From the NCBI GenBank assembly GCA_964441745.1, contig CAYTYR010000003.1, positions 1 through 35,347 on the forward strand: a stretch of DNA of 35,347 nt. Reading direction: 5' to 3'. This DNA is from an uncultured Clostridia bacterium (GTDB lineage: Bacteria; CAYTYR01; UBA6262). The notes under the pieces were generated by a model. The model saw nothing but the letters and a program-made list of their open reading frames with translations. It searched no databases and was not told the origin of the DNA. Shown in pieces: positions 1 to 8,260 of this stretch (the first letter of the stretch is position 1; each line of letters begins with the position of its first letter). The translations under genes were made by a program, and so were the position numbers.

Positions 1-53
1 ATAATGGCAACAATGTCCAGTACCAGAACGAGTAACCCTAATATCCCATACAT
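1..53 (-). CDS. Small membrane protein, PLDc_N-like (5' part only; runs off the window)
   Basis: Not in ORF track. Manual translation MYGILGLLVLVLDIVAI...; ATG at 53 preceded by AAGGAGG. Hydrophobic LDIxAI pattern resembles PLDc_N proteins. Confidence 0.7.
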   Translation of the reverse strand, partial: MYGILGLLVLVLDIVAI

Positions 54-70
54 AAATTCCTCCTTGCAGC

Positions 71-202
71 TTAGTCGGCAATATCCTCAACAGCTTTTCC
101 CGTATTCTTGATATCTGTACCTGCGCCTCTTAAGGTGTTGCAGCCTACTGTTACGGCCATTAGTACTAAAGCCAAGAGCAGCAATAAAAATAGTTTTCTC
201 AT
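71..202 (-). CDS. Entericidin EcnA/B family lipoprotein (43 aa)
   Basis: Not in ORF track. MRKLFLLLLLALVLMAVTVGCNTLRGAGTDIKNTGKAVEDIAD; lipobox plus CNTxxGxGxDI signature; AAGGAG SD. Confidence 0.92.
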   Translation of the reverse strand: MRKLFLLLLLALVLMAVTVGCNTLRGAGTDIKNTGKAVEDIAD

Positions 203-237
203 ATCATTCTCCTTTTCCTTAATTTATGGCTCCAAGG

Positions 238-543
238 CTATTTTAATTCGTTCTTGAATCCATCAATAGCCCCATGTGCCGCGTATTTCACTTTATCCCC
301 GATCTCTGCGCCGATCTCGTAGCCGATCTTTACTGCCCGGTCGGCCGCTTCAGAGACTGCCTGCTCCGCATCAACGCCGATATGTCTAGCTGAATGGAAA
401 ACTCCTTTGAGCAAATCTTGTGTAGCCACGGCCACATCCCCTCCGGTATGCACTGTAGTCTTGATGATTAAGCTGGCCAATGCTTCGACCGGGGAATGCG
501 CCGGCACTCCTGAAACATCCAATTCTTTTTTTGCTTTGGTCAT
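238..543 (-). CDS. Hypothetical protein (101 aa, Ala/Gly-rich, probably helical)
   Basis: ORF 238..573 trimmed to ATG 543 (MTKAKK), which has an AGGAGG SD and avoids overlap with the BON gene. Confidence 0.7.
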   Translation of the reverse strand: MTKAKKELDVSGVPAHSPVEALASLIIKTTVHTGGDVAVATQDLLKGVFHSARHIGVDAEQAVSEAADRAVKIGYEIGAEIGDKVKYAAHGAIDGFKNELK

Positions 544-556
544 AACCAACCTCCTG

Positions 557-1324
557 CTACTTCTTATTCTCAATAGTCATGTTATTTACCACCTTGGTCA
601 CGCCATTGACATCACTGGCCACTTTGGTAGCTATTTCTTTTCCAGCTCCGCTGGTTGTTTTGCCGCTTAACGTAACAATGCCTTTATTTGTCTCCACACT
701 GGTTTTAAAAGCACTGGTTGATTGATGCGTTAAGAAAGCCATCTTAACCTGGGCGGTGATGGAGGCATCATCGATTTTTTCTCCCATGGTTTCTTTCGGC
801 TTATCGGCAGCTTTTGCGACAGTCATTTCATTTTTTACGTCTTTTACGCCATTGATGTCCTTGGCATATTCACCGGCTAAATCTTTTTCCGCCTGGTTCT
901 CGGCTTCACCGCGCAGTATGACACCACCATCGGTGACGAATACCTGGGTATTAATGCCGCTCACATACCGGTGGTAAAGAAGCGAATATTTCACCTGCAT
1001 GCTGATCCAGCCATCAGATTTTTCAGCTGGGCGCTCACCTTTTAGGGTCAGTTGATTGTTTACGCTTTTGACTCCCGGCAGGCTGGCCACAGTTTCTTTC
1101 GCTAATGCTTTGTGGGATTCTTCAGATACCGTCCCCGTCAAAGTGACAAGGCCATCCTTTGACTGGGTTTTAATAGTATCATCCTTGAGATACGTTTTGA
1201 ATACATAGGATTGCTTGGCGGATGATTCAATACGCTTATCAAGTTCAGAAGCGCACAGAGACGCGCTCGCGAGCAATACAACGGCCATAACCGCAACTAA
1301 TATTTTCAGATACTTTTGGTTCAT
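557..1324 (-). CDS. Periplasmic BON-domain (OsmY-like) protein, three BON repeats
   Basis: Signal peptide; three repeats of GxVTLxG...GVxxVxNxL/M; IDDASITAQVK motif; GGGAGG SD. Confidence 0.92.
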   Translation of the reverse strand: MNQKYLKILVAVMAVVLLASASLCASELDKRIESSAKQSYVFKTYLKDDTIKTQSKDGLVTLTGTVSEESHKALAKETVASLPGVKSVNNQLTLKGERPAEKSDGWISMQVKYSLLYHRYVSGINTQVFVTDGGVILRGEAENQAEKDLAGEYAKDINGVKDVKNEMTVAKAADKPKETMGEKIDDASITAQVKMAFLTHQSTSAFKTSVETNKGIVTLSGKTTSGAGKEIATKVASDVNGVTKVVNNMTIENKK

Positions 1325-1356
1325 AAAACACCTCCCTTATTTATGGTAATTCTGTA

Positions 1357-1743
1357 CTATTTATCTTTCTCCTTTCTGTTCACCGCGCTACTAATAAGGT
1401 CGATCAAGGCCTGATCAGTAAACGGTTTTTGTAAATATCCTGTTGCCCCTGCCTGCAAAGCCCGCTTAGTATTCCCCTGGGTTACCTCCACTGAGATCAT
1501 AATAACCGGACATTTGGAGTTTGCTTTAATAAACCGCCTTAACGCTTCCCAGCCATTCAATCCCGGCAAATGAATATCCAAGATCAAACAATCCGGAGCA
1601 ATTATCTGCCCAGAGCTGAAATAATCCTCTGCGGAAAGGAAAGTGCTCACCTCGAACCCATACGTCATTAATAATATTTTAAGTGAGCGGCATATCGACT
1701 CGTCATCATCAATAATAAATATGTGTATTTTTTCCTTGATCAT
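1357..1743 (-). CDS. Single-domain response regulator receiver
   Basis: IIDDD, LILDIHLPGLNG and YLQKPF receiver motifs; no output domain; paralog of 3890..4285. Confidence 0.92.
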   Translation of the reverse strand: MIKEKIHIFIIDDDESICRSLKILLMTYGFEVSTFLSAEDYFSSGQIIAPDCLILDIHLPGLNGWEALRRFIKANSKCPVIMISVEVTQGNTKRALQAGATGYLQKPFTDQALIDLISSAVNRKEKDK

Positions 1744-1766
1744 CTACCTATCCTCTGTTTGCTTGC

Positions 1767-1812
1767 AGTATAGGCTTGATCATGAATAGAGTCAATTGTA
1801 CCTGGGTATAAT
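1767..1812 (-). promoter_or_regulatory. Sigma70-type promoter with 18-bp palindromic operator (copy 1)
   Basis: Minus strand TTGACT (1795-1790), 17 nt, TATACT (1772-1767); palindrome ATTGTACCTGGGTATAAT at 1795-1812 abuts the -35. Confidence 0.8.
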
Positions 1813-1864
1813 CGTAAAACGCAGGAATTAAGTGTGGTTTTTGGGGATTATTACTGGGAAATGT

Positions 1865-2491
1865 TTAGTGCTGGGAGGAAGTAAGGCCGGCTAGTTGAGC
1901 GAAGCGGATGAGCTCGGTAACGGTTCCAGCTTGCATTTTTTGCATGACCCGGCTGCGATGGATCTTGATCGTCTGCAGGGAGGTTCCCCGCTTGTAAGCG
2001 ATCTGCTTGCTTAGCATCCCTTTGGATACGAGCCTGAACACTTCCAGCTCGCGCGGAGATAAAGTCTTGATGCGGCGTTTTATTTTTTCTATTTCAGCTT
2101 GTCCTTTAAGTTGAGCCATGCTTTTGGAGATAGCCAGGGTAATAGCATTAAGCAGTTTCTGCTTAGTAACCGGCTTGGGAAGAAAATCAATGGCTCCGGC
2201 CTTCATAGTTTTTACGCTCATCGGGATATTACCATGTCCGGTGATAAAAATGATTGGAATATTGATGCCCTGCTTTGCCATCATCTCTTGCAAGGTAAGA
2301 CCGTTGATATCCGGCAGGCGGATATCCAGAACCAGACAGGCCGGCTGCTTGGGATGTTTATAGGCCAGGAAGCTTGCCGCATGCGGGAATGTTTCAACTC
2401 TAAAGCCGTATGCTTTTAGCAGCAATTTAAGGGCCCGGCAGATAGAGACGTTGTCATCAACGACATAGATAAGCGGCTGGTGATTATTCAC
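1865..2491 (-). CDS. FixJ/NodW-type response regulator (receiver + LuxR HTH)
   Basis: VVDDN, CLVLDIRLP, ITGHGNIPMSV, FLPKP; LSPRELEV...SKQIA...TIKIHRSRVMQKM HTH. GTG start adjacent to the kinase stop. Confidence 0.93.
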   Translation of the reverse strand: MNNHQPLIYVVDDNVSICRALKLLLKAYGFRVETFPHAASFLAYKHPKQPACLVLDIRLPDINGLTLQEMMAKQGINIPIIFITGHGNIPMSVKTMKAGAIDFLPKPVTKQKLLNAITLAISKSMAQLKGQAEIEKIKRRIKTLSPRELEVFRLVSKGMLSKQIAYKRGTSLQTIKIHRSRVMQKMQAGTVTELIRFAQLAGLTSSQH

Positions 2492-3778
2492 TCAAGCATC
2501 CTTCGCGCTGATCGGAATGGTGAAATAAGACGTAGCACCGCGATCAGCATTGTTTTTGACATCCAAGCGCCCGCCATGCGATTCAACAATAGAGCGGCTA
2601 ATAGACAATCCCATACCCAAACCATCAGGCTTGCTGGTAAAAAACCGGGTGAAGAGCTTCGGTATATTCTCCGCCGGCAGGCCGCCTCCTGAATCCTTCA
2701 CTTCTACAATAATCGTGCCGTTATCTTGCCGCGCGGTGCGGATCAATATTTCACGGACATCGCAACTGCTATCCAACGCTTCAAAACTATTACTGATCAG
2801 ATTCAGTAGGACCTGTTGCAGCTGTATCCGGTCTCCCTGGATCAACGGCAGGTCACGAGCAAAATCTCTTTTTAAAACGACATTCCTGACCGTGGCATCA
2901 GTAGTTACTAGCTCGACCGTGTCATTAATAACAGTATTGATATCGAGCGGTTTCATTTCAGGTTCACCCTTCTTCAGCAGTGAACGCAAGCGATGGATGA
3001 CTTCAGCCGCCCGTTGGTCATCATCTATAATATACGAGAGGATCTCCCGCAGTTTAGGTTCCCGGTCTGCCAGTAAGCGTTGGCCGGCTTGGGCGTAAGA
3101 AAGTATAGCCGTCAGCGGCTGGCTGATCTCATGAGCCAGGGACGAGACAAATTCCGCCAATTTTCCCACTCTGGTGACGTGCAAAAGCTCTTCGCGTTGT
3201 TCATCGATCTCTTTTTGCTTCTCCCGCATCAAGGAAACATCTGTCTGGATCCCGACATAATGGGTAATATTCCCGCTATTATCACAGACCGGGGCAATGC
3301 GCAATAAATTCCAATGTTTCTGGCCATTCTTTTTATAATTAGGCATTTCTCCGTGGTAAGATTTATCTTGTTTTATCTTTTGTTTTATCTTCTCAATGAC
3401 CTGATGGTCAGCATTAGAGCCATACAATAAGAAATAATTAGTGCCCAGAATTTCCCTTTTGGTATAACCAGTCATCTTTTGAAATGACTGGTTGACATAG
3501 ATAATAGGATAATCCGGTTTCTGGGCATCAATAATAAAAATTCCGTCAACAGCGGATTCCATCGCCTTCGTCCGGATGTGGATCTGCTCTTCCGCCCGTA
3601 TTTGTTTCTCTGCCCCATTCTTTAACTGTCCATTTTTTGTCTTTAACTCTATTTTTTGTTTCCGGATTTTCTCTTCCAACCCGGTATGGTTTTTTCGTAA
3701 ACCAGCAACTTCCCCTTTGAGACGCACGCGCTCATCGTTTCGGGTTTTATGTATGGACACCCGTTTTTTATTTTTCAT
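2492..3778 (-). CDS. Cytoplasmic PAS (LOV-like) sensor histidine kinase, FixL/NodV-type
   Basis: H-box AHEISQPL, N-box QQVLLNLISNS, G1 DSGGG, F box FFTSK, G2 GLGMGL; one PAS domain; no transmembrane segment. Confidence 0.93.
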   Translation of the reverse strand: MKNKKRVSIHKTRNDERVRLKGEVAGLRKNHTGLEEKIRKQKIELKTKNGQLKNGAEKQIRAEEQIHIRTKAMESAVDGIFIIDAQKPDYPIIYVNQSFQKMTGYTKREILGTNYFLLYGSNADHQVIEKIKQKIKQDKSYHGEMPNYKKNGQKHWNLLRIAPVCDNSGNITHYVGIQTDVSLMREKQKEIDEQREELLHVTRVGKLAEFVSSLAHEISQPLTAILSYAQAGQRLLADREPKLREILSYIIDDDQRAAEVIHRLRSLLKKGEPEMKPLDINTVINDTVELVTTDATVRNVVLKRDFARDLPLIQGDRIQLQQVLLNLISNSFEALDSSCDVREILIRTARQDNGTIIVEVKDSGGGLPAENIPKLFTRFFTSKPDGLGMGLSISRSIVESHGGRLDVKNNADRGATSYFTIPISAKDA

Positions 3779-3889
3779 TTACCTTTTCCTTTATAGTTAT
3801 TTAAAGGAGCCAGAACCTCTCCACTATAATTTAATATACGCCTAATCAAATTGTCAAGATTATTCACCTTGCTTTATTCATCTTGCGAT

Positions 3890-4285
3890 CTAACTTGGGG
3901 GGGGGGGGGCAGTTTTCTTCTCAAGAGCTCCCTGAATAAGGTCAACCAAGGCCTGGTCTGTAAACGGTTTAAGTAAATACCCTACCGCCCCTGAATTTAA
4001 AGCCCGCTCATTATTCCCGCCAGTCTTATTGGCTGAGATCATGATAACCGGACGTTCGACCCCCAGGGCAATGCTCCGTTTTAACGCTTCCCAGCCGTTC
4101 AATCCAGGCATATGTATATCCATGACCAAACAGCCCTGGTCATTGTTCGGCACAGCACTGAAATATTCTTCCGCGGAAAGGAAAGTGCTCACCTCAAACC
4201 CGAAAGTCATTAACAGCAATTTAAGCGAGCGGCATACTGACGCGTCATCATCGACAATATATACGTGTTGTTGTTCTGCAGGCAC
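3890..4285 (-). CDS. Single-domain response regulator receiver
   Basis: IVDDD, LVMDIHMPGLNG, YLLKPF; GTG start with AGGAGG SD; ends in a C13 tract encoding PPPP. Confidence 0.92.
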   Translation of the reverse strand: MPAEQQHVYIVDDDASVCRSLKLLLMTFGFEVSTFLSAEEYFSAVPNNDQGCLVMDIHMPGLNGWEALKRSIALGVERPVIMISANKTGGNNERALNSGAVGYLLKPFTDQALVDLIQGALEKKTAPPPPS

Positions 4286-4322
4286 CTGCGTATCCTCCTT
4301 TAAAGCTAATTAATAGGCTTAA

Positions 4323-4368
4323 AGTATAGCCCTAACTAAAAAAAGCGTCAATTATACCTAGGTATAAT
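4323..4368 (-). promoter_or_regulatory. Sigma70-type promoter with perfect 18-bp palindromic operator (copy 2)
   Basis: TTGACG (4351-4346), 17 nt, TATACT (4328-4323); ATTATACCTAGGTATAAT at 4351-4368. Confidence 0.82.
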
Positions 4369-4427
4369 ATTAGTATGGATTTGAGACGAATACAAGGAGC
4401 GACGCCGCCGGCGTATTTTTAGATACG

Positions 4428-5612
4428 TCATGGTACGATTTTAATCAATACCATATCATATCCGCCTTGATTGATATTGCCATCAAGATTACCATTGGTC
4501 CAGCCAGTGACATAAACACTCCCGGCGGCATCAGTGGCCACGCCCAAGCCCTCATCATCAACGCTGGTGCCAAGCTGTCTGGTCCAGAGCTTGATCCCGT
4601 TGGCATCATACATTGTTGAAAATATATCATACCTGCCTTGATTTATATTACTATCCAGATTACCCAACGTCATCCCAGTGACATAAATATTCCCGGATTG
4701 ATCAGTGGCCACGCCCAAACCGGCATCATCAACGCTGGTGCCAAGCTGTCTGGTCCACACCTTGGTCCCGTTAGTATCATACTTGGTTAAAAAAGTATCC
4801 CCGGAACCCTGATTAGTATTGTGATCAAGATCGCCAAAGGTATAGCCAGTGACATAAATATCGCCGGAAGAATCGGTAGCCACGCCCCAGCCCTGATCTG
4901 AACCACTAGTGCCCAGTTGTTTGGTCCAAATCCTGGTTCCAGCGGCATTATATTTGGTTAGAAAGATATCCGTAGACCCTTGATTAGTATCGCCATTTAG
5001 AGCACCATTAGTATAGCCAGTGACATAAATATCGCCGGCTGGATCGGTAGCCAGCCCCAAGCCCTCATCGATATTATTGGTACCAAATTGCCTGGCCCAG
5101 AGTTTGGCCCCGCTGGTATCATACTTTATTAGAAATATATCATACCAGCCTTGATTTATATTGTCATCAAGATTGCCAAAGGTATAGCCAGTGACATAAA
5201 TATTCCCGGAGTGATCAGTGGCCACGCCCAAACCGGCATCATCAACAGTGGTGCCAGGTTGCCTGGTCCAAATCCTAGTACCGTTGGTATCATACTTTAT
5301 TAAAAATATGTCCCCGGAACCCTGATTGGCATTGCCATCAAGATCGCCAAAAGTACAACCAGTGACATAAATATTTCCTGAAGGATCGGTAGCCACGCCC
5401 CAGCCCTGATCTGAACCACTGGTGCCCAGTTGTTTGGTCCAAATCCTGGTTCCAGCAGTATCATACTTGGTAAGAAAGATATCCGCGGACCCTTGATTGG
5501 TATTGCCATCAAGATCACCATTAGTATAGCCAGTGACATAAACATTTCCAGAGGCATCAGCAGCTACTCCTACACCTTCATCAAGAGTACTAGTACCAAA
5601 TTGTTTAGTCCA
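4428..5612 (-). repeat. Seven coding tandem repeats of 171 bp with a 513-bp higher-order period
   Basis: About 65 nt starting at 4879 and at 5392 differ at only one base (offset 513). Confidence 0.9.
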
Positions 5613-6095
5613 AGCTAAAGGAGTGACTGCTATATTCACACTTTTCTGCGTTGTACCGCTTTTGCCATCTGATACTGCGCAGTAAATTGTATATAAGCCG
5701 ATGGCGGCGGGCGCTGTCCAGGTAATTTTTGAGCCGGTTCCGGCAATTGTCCCACTGGTCACGCTCCAGCTATACGCCAGGGGGTCATTATCAGGATCTG
5801 AAGCGCTGCAGGTAATTGTTGTAACCGCGGCTATGGGAATCTTTAGGTAATTTGCTGTTAATGATGAAATTACCGGCAGTTGATTGATCTCATCATCATT
5901 ACTGATAGTGATGGCTATGCTTTCTTCCTCTTTCTTTTCTTTTTCCTCTTTTAACTGCTGCACCCTGGATTTAACGGCATCGGCCAGTCCCAGATGAGTG
6001 CCAGCAAAAGAATCCAAACATAAGCAGGACATTAATACCGCAAAAATTAGCCCTAAAGGGATGATTTTATAGTATTTTCTAATTTGCTCATTCAT
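4428..6095 (-). CDS. Secreted SBBP-repeat beta-propeller protein with an Ig/PKD-like domain
   Basis: Start moved to ATG 6095 (MNEQIRK; AAGGAG upstream). Hydrophobic N-terminal segment, ASDPDNDPLAYSWS Ig-like module, seven 57-aa repeats containing DxxGNIYVTGxT. Confidence 0.88.
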   Translation of the reverse strand: MNEQIRKYYKIIPLGLIFAVLMSCLCLDSFAGTHLGLADAVKSRVQQLKEEKEKKEEESIAITISNDDEINQLPVISSLTANYLKIPIAAVTTITCSASDPDNDPLAYSWSVTSGTIAGTGSKITWTAPAAIGLYTIYCAVSDGKSGTTQKSVNIAVTPLAWTKQFGTSTLDEGVGVAADASGNVYVTGYTNGDLDGNTNQGSADIFLTKYDTAGTRIWTKQLGTSGSDQGWGVATDPSGNIYVTGCTFGDLDGNANQGSGDIFLIKYDTNGTRIWTRQPGTTVDDAGLGVATDHSGNIYVTGYTFGNLDDNINQGWYDIFLIKYDTSGAKLWARQFGTNNIDEGLGLATDPAGDIYVTGYTNGALNGDTNQGSTDIFLTKYNAAGTRIWTKQLGTSGSDQGWGVATDSSGDIYVTGYTFGDLDHNTNQGSGDTFLTKYDTNGTKVWTRQLGTSVDDAGLGVATDQSGNIYVTGMTLGNLDSNINQGRYDIFSTMYDANGIKLWTRQLGTSVDDEGLGVATDAAGSVYVTGWTNGNLDGNINQGGYDMVLIKIVP

Positions 6096-6564
6096 GCTCT
6101 TCATCTCCTTCTGTCTTGCCCCCAAAATGCAAATAAAGACCAATATTTGCCACAAATTCAATGCCGTGGACATTAATAGAGGAATCATCGGCATGCCTTA
6201 ATGATATAAATGTGGGCGCAAAATCCAAGAGTAAGGAAAGCCAATTGGTTAAAAAATATTCCCCGCCGATAAATAAGGCCCCTTCATAACCAGTCCCGTT
6301 TGTATCCAGGGTATTAAAGCTGATATACCCGCCTTCTAAACCGGTGAACCCTTTCAGGGTATCATGGTCATAATAATTCCAGTAGCCCCGGCCAGAATAT
6401 GCTTTAATTCCTGAGGCAGTCACAAACCTTCCCTCTACGGATAAAACAGGGAAATCATATTTTAGTGAAGCATAGGGATACCCCAGCCCGAGACTTAAGC
6501 CTCCAGCATAACCAATAGATGAAAAAGATAGCAATATAAGTAACAAAAATATAATTTTTTTCAT
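6088..6564 (-). CDS. Small outer-membrane beta-barrel-like protein
   Basis: Signal peptide (GYA|G); alternating aromatic/Gly strands (FIGGEYFL, NIGLYLHF). Confidence 0.7.
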   Translation of the reverse strand: MKKIIFLLLILLSFSSIGYAGGLSLGLGYPYASLKYDFPVLSVEGRFVTASGIKAYSGRGYWNYYDHDTLKGFTGLEGGYISFNTLDTNGTGYEGALFIGGEYFLTNWLSLLLDFAPTFISLRHADDSSINVHGIEFVANIGLYLHFGGKTEGDEEHE

Positions 6565-6594
6565 TTTATACCTTTCCTTGCGCCAGCTTTTGCA

Positions 6595-6620
6595 CGGTAT
6601 CAGGGGTACCCCTGATACCG
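6595..6620. other. Perfect 26-bp palindrome / stem-loop downstream of the PEP-CTERM gene
   Basis: CGGTATCAGGGGTACCCCTGATACCG; no following U-tract on the transcribed strand. Confidence 0.85.
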
Positions 6621-6660
6621 CACATATCGTACGATTTAGTTAATGGCCATCAACTAAATC

Positions 6661-7281
6661 TTAAGCTTTTTTGCCGAATCTTACTTTACCGTAACCGATC
6701 ATACCCAGTAAGCCAGTGCCTAACAGCATCATCGTACCTGGTTCCGGGATTGCCGGAGCATAGGTCTGGATATTTGCTATTCCACCATCGATGAGCGATG
6801 TGCTTCCAATGCCATAGTATTGAGCATCGGTCTGGATCCATAATAAGCTGCTGGTTTTACCTTGTGCCATTACATAATGCGCCGCACTCACTGTTGAACC
6901 ATCGGAACTTCTCTCAAAAGAGAGAGGCCAAGGATCACCAGCGGTCTGAAGCGAATCCACATTGGTTGTCCAACCACTAAAATCAATAGTGGACAATCTT
7001 TCGATCACATTTACCGATTCAGAATCGCTGCTAAACAGATACGTAAAAAGCATACCTGTCGAGTTGTAATACACCCACTGATTCAGGGTTCCAGTGAACG
7101 TGATATTACCATTGGCATCTACACCCGTAAATGGGGCATCAATAATGGAAGCTACCAAATCACCAGTCGGAGCTGCTGCTCCAGTCGTAGACACTCCAAA
7201 AGTGCCTGGCAATAACGGTATGGCAAAAGCCGTTGATGCCATCATCAAACCTAACATTGCTATTAAAATCGCTTTTTTCAT
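6661..7281 (-). CDS. PEP-CTERM sorting domain protein
   Basis: ATG 7281 with AGGAGGT SD; signal peptide (AFA|I); Ser/Thr-rich body; C-terminal IPEPGTMMLLGTGLLGMIGYGKVRFGKKA. Confidence 0.95.
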   Translation of the reverse strand: MKKAILIAMLGLMMASTAFAIPLLPGTFGVSTTGAAAPTGDLVASIIDAPFTGVDANGNITFTGTLNQWVYYNSTGMLFTYLFSSDSESVNVIERLSTIDFSGWTTNVDSLQTAGDPWPLSFERSSDGSTVSAAHYVMAQGKTSSLLWIQTDAQYYGIGSTSLIDGGIANIQTYAPAIPEPGTMMLLGTGLLGMIGYGKVRFGKKA

Positions 7282-7356
7282 AATTTTCACCTCCTCTCTT
7301 TTCTAACATGCCTTACTCAACTATATAAATAAAATCTGTTTTGCTTTACGTTCTTA

Positions 7357-7391
7357 CTGCCGTCCGCCATCTGCGAACCGCCATCTGTCTT
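7357..7391 (+). repeat. Degenerate heptamer tandem repeat
   Basis: CTGCCGT CCGCCAT CTGCGAA CCGCCAT CTGTCTT. Confidence 0.6.
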
Positions 7392-8254
7392 TACCGTGCG
7401 CCCTTACCGGTCAGCATCACCACAAAGGTACCAAAAATGATCCTGAGGTCCATTAGCAGGCACATCTTCCTTATATATAATAGGTCATAGTGGACTTTCT
7501 TCTTCACATCGCTCAGGGTAGAATCATAGTGCTGGCGTACTTGCGCCAACCCGGTAATGCCTGGCTTTACTCTCAGCCGCTTGCTATATTTCTTGATCGA
7601 TTGATTCAAGGTAGGGATGATCTGGGCTCTTTCCGGCCTTGGCCCGATCATGCTCATTTCGCCTTTTAGCACATTGACAAACTGAGGGAGTTCATCCAGA
7701 TGGGTTTTTCTTAGCACTCTGCCAAGCGTGGTGATCCGGGGGTCATTTTCCTGGCACCAGACAGCGCCGGTTTCTTTCTCCGCGTCTATGTTCATGGTCC
7801 TGAATTTATACATGGTAAAGGAACGGCCAAAGCTCTGCCCTGCCCTGCGGTCAGTGCCACGGCTCTCTTTGCGTCTTTCACGGTAGCGCTTGTTTTCCCC
7901 AACCCGGTCTTGCTTAAAGAACACCGATCCTTGGGAATTCAACTTGATCGCTATGGCGATCACTATCCATAAGGGAGCAGTGACTACTATGGCCAAGCCA
8001 GCCATTACTATATCCATACTTCTTTTGATCTGCCTGAAGAATCTCTTGAACGAAGCAGCTAGTAAACCAAAGATACCACTGCCGAACAATACCATCGTCC
8101 CAGGCTCAGGTATCGATATTGGTGGTTCTGCTGATGACCCCACTGGCAAGTTATGGCTAGGGATAGAAGCAAACCCCGCTGTGGCGCTATAAAGAACCGC
8201 GGCCAATATCACGATCAACAATATTATAGTATGTGCTGTGTTTATTCTTTGCAT
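7391..8254 (-). CDS. Priming sugar (phosphoglycosyl) transferase, Bac_transf family, with N-terminal signal peptide and internal PEP-CTERM-like segment
   Basis: KRSMDI, YKFRTM, DPRIT, LDELPQF, GEMSMIGPRP, KPGITGLAQV motifs; IPEPGTMVLFGSGIFGLL...KRFFR precedes them; ATG 8254 lies 6 nt after the -10 box. Confidence 0.92.
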   Translation of the reverse strand: MQRINTAHTIILLIVILAAVLYSATAGFASIPSHNLPVGSSAEPPISIPEPGTMVLFGSGIFGLLAASFKRFFRQIKRSMDIVMAGLAIVVTAPLWIVIAIAIKLNSQGSVFFKQDRVGENKRYRERRKESRGTDRRAGQSFGRSFTMYKFRTMNIDAEKETGAVWCQENDPRITTLGRVLRKTHLDELPQFVNVLKGEMSMIGPRPERAQIIPTLNQSIKKYSKRLRVKPGITGLAQVRQHYDSTLSDVKKKVHYDLLYIRKMCLLMDLRIIFGTFVVMLTGKGAR

Positions 8255-8260
8255 GGACGT

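Noticed and set aside
71-202. Entericidin toxin-antitoxin pair
   Set aside because: Only one entericidin gene is visible; no ecnA/ecnB tandem.
4428-5612. Repeats as a CRISPR array or DGR template/variable pair
   Set aside because: They are in-frame 171-bp coding repeats without unique spacers; no cas or reverse transcriptase gene is present.
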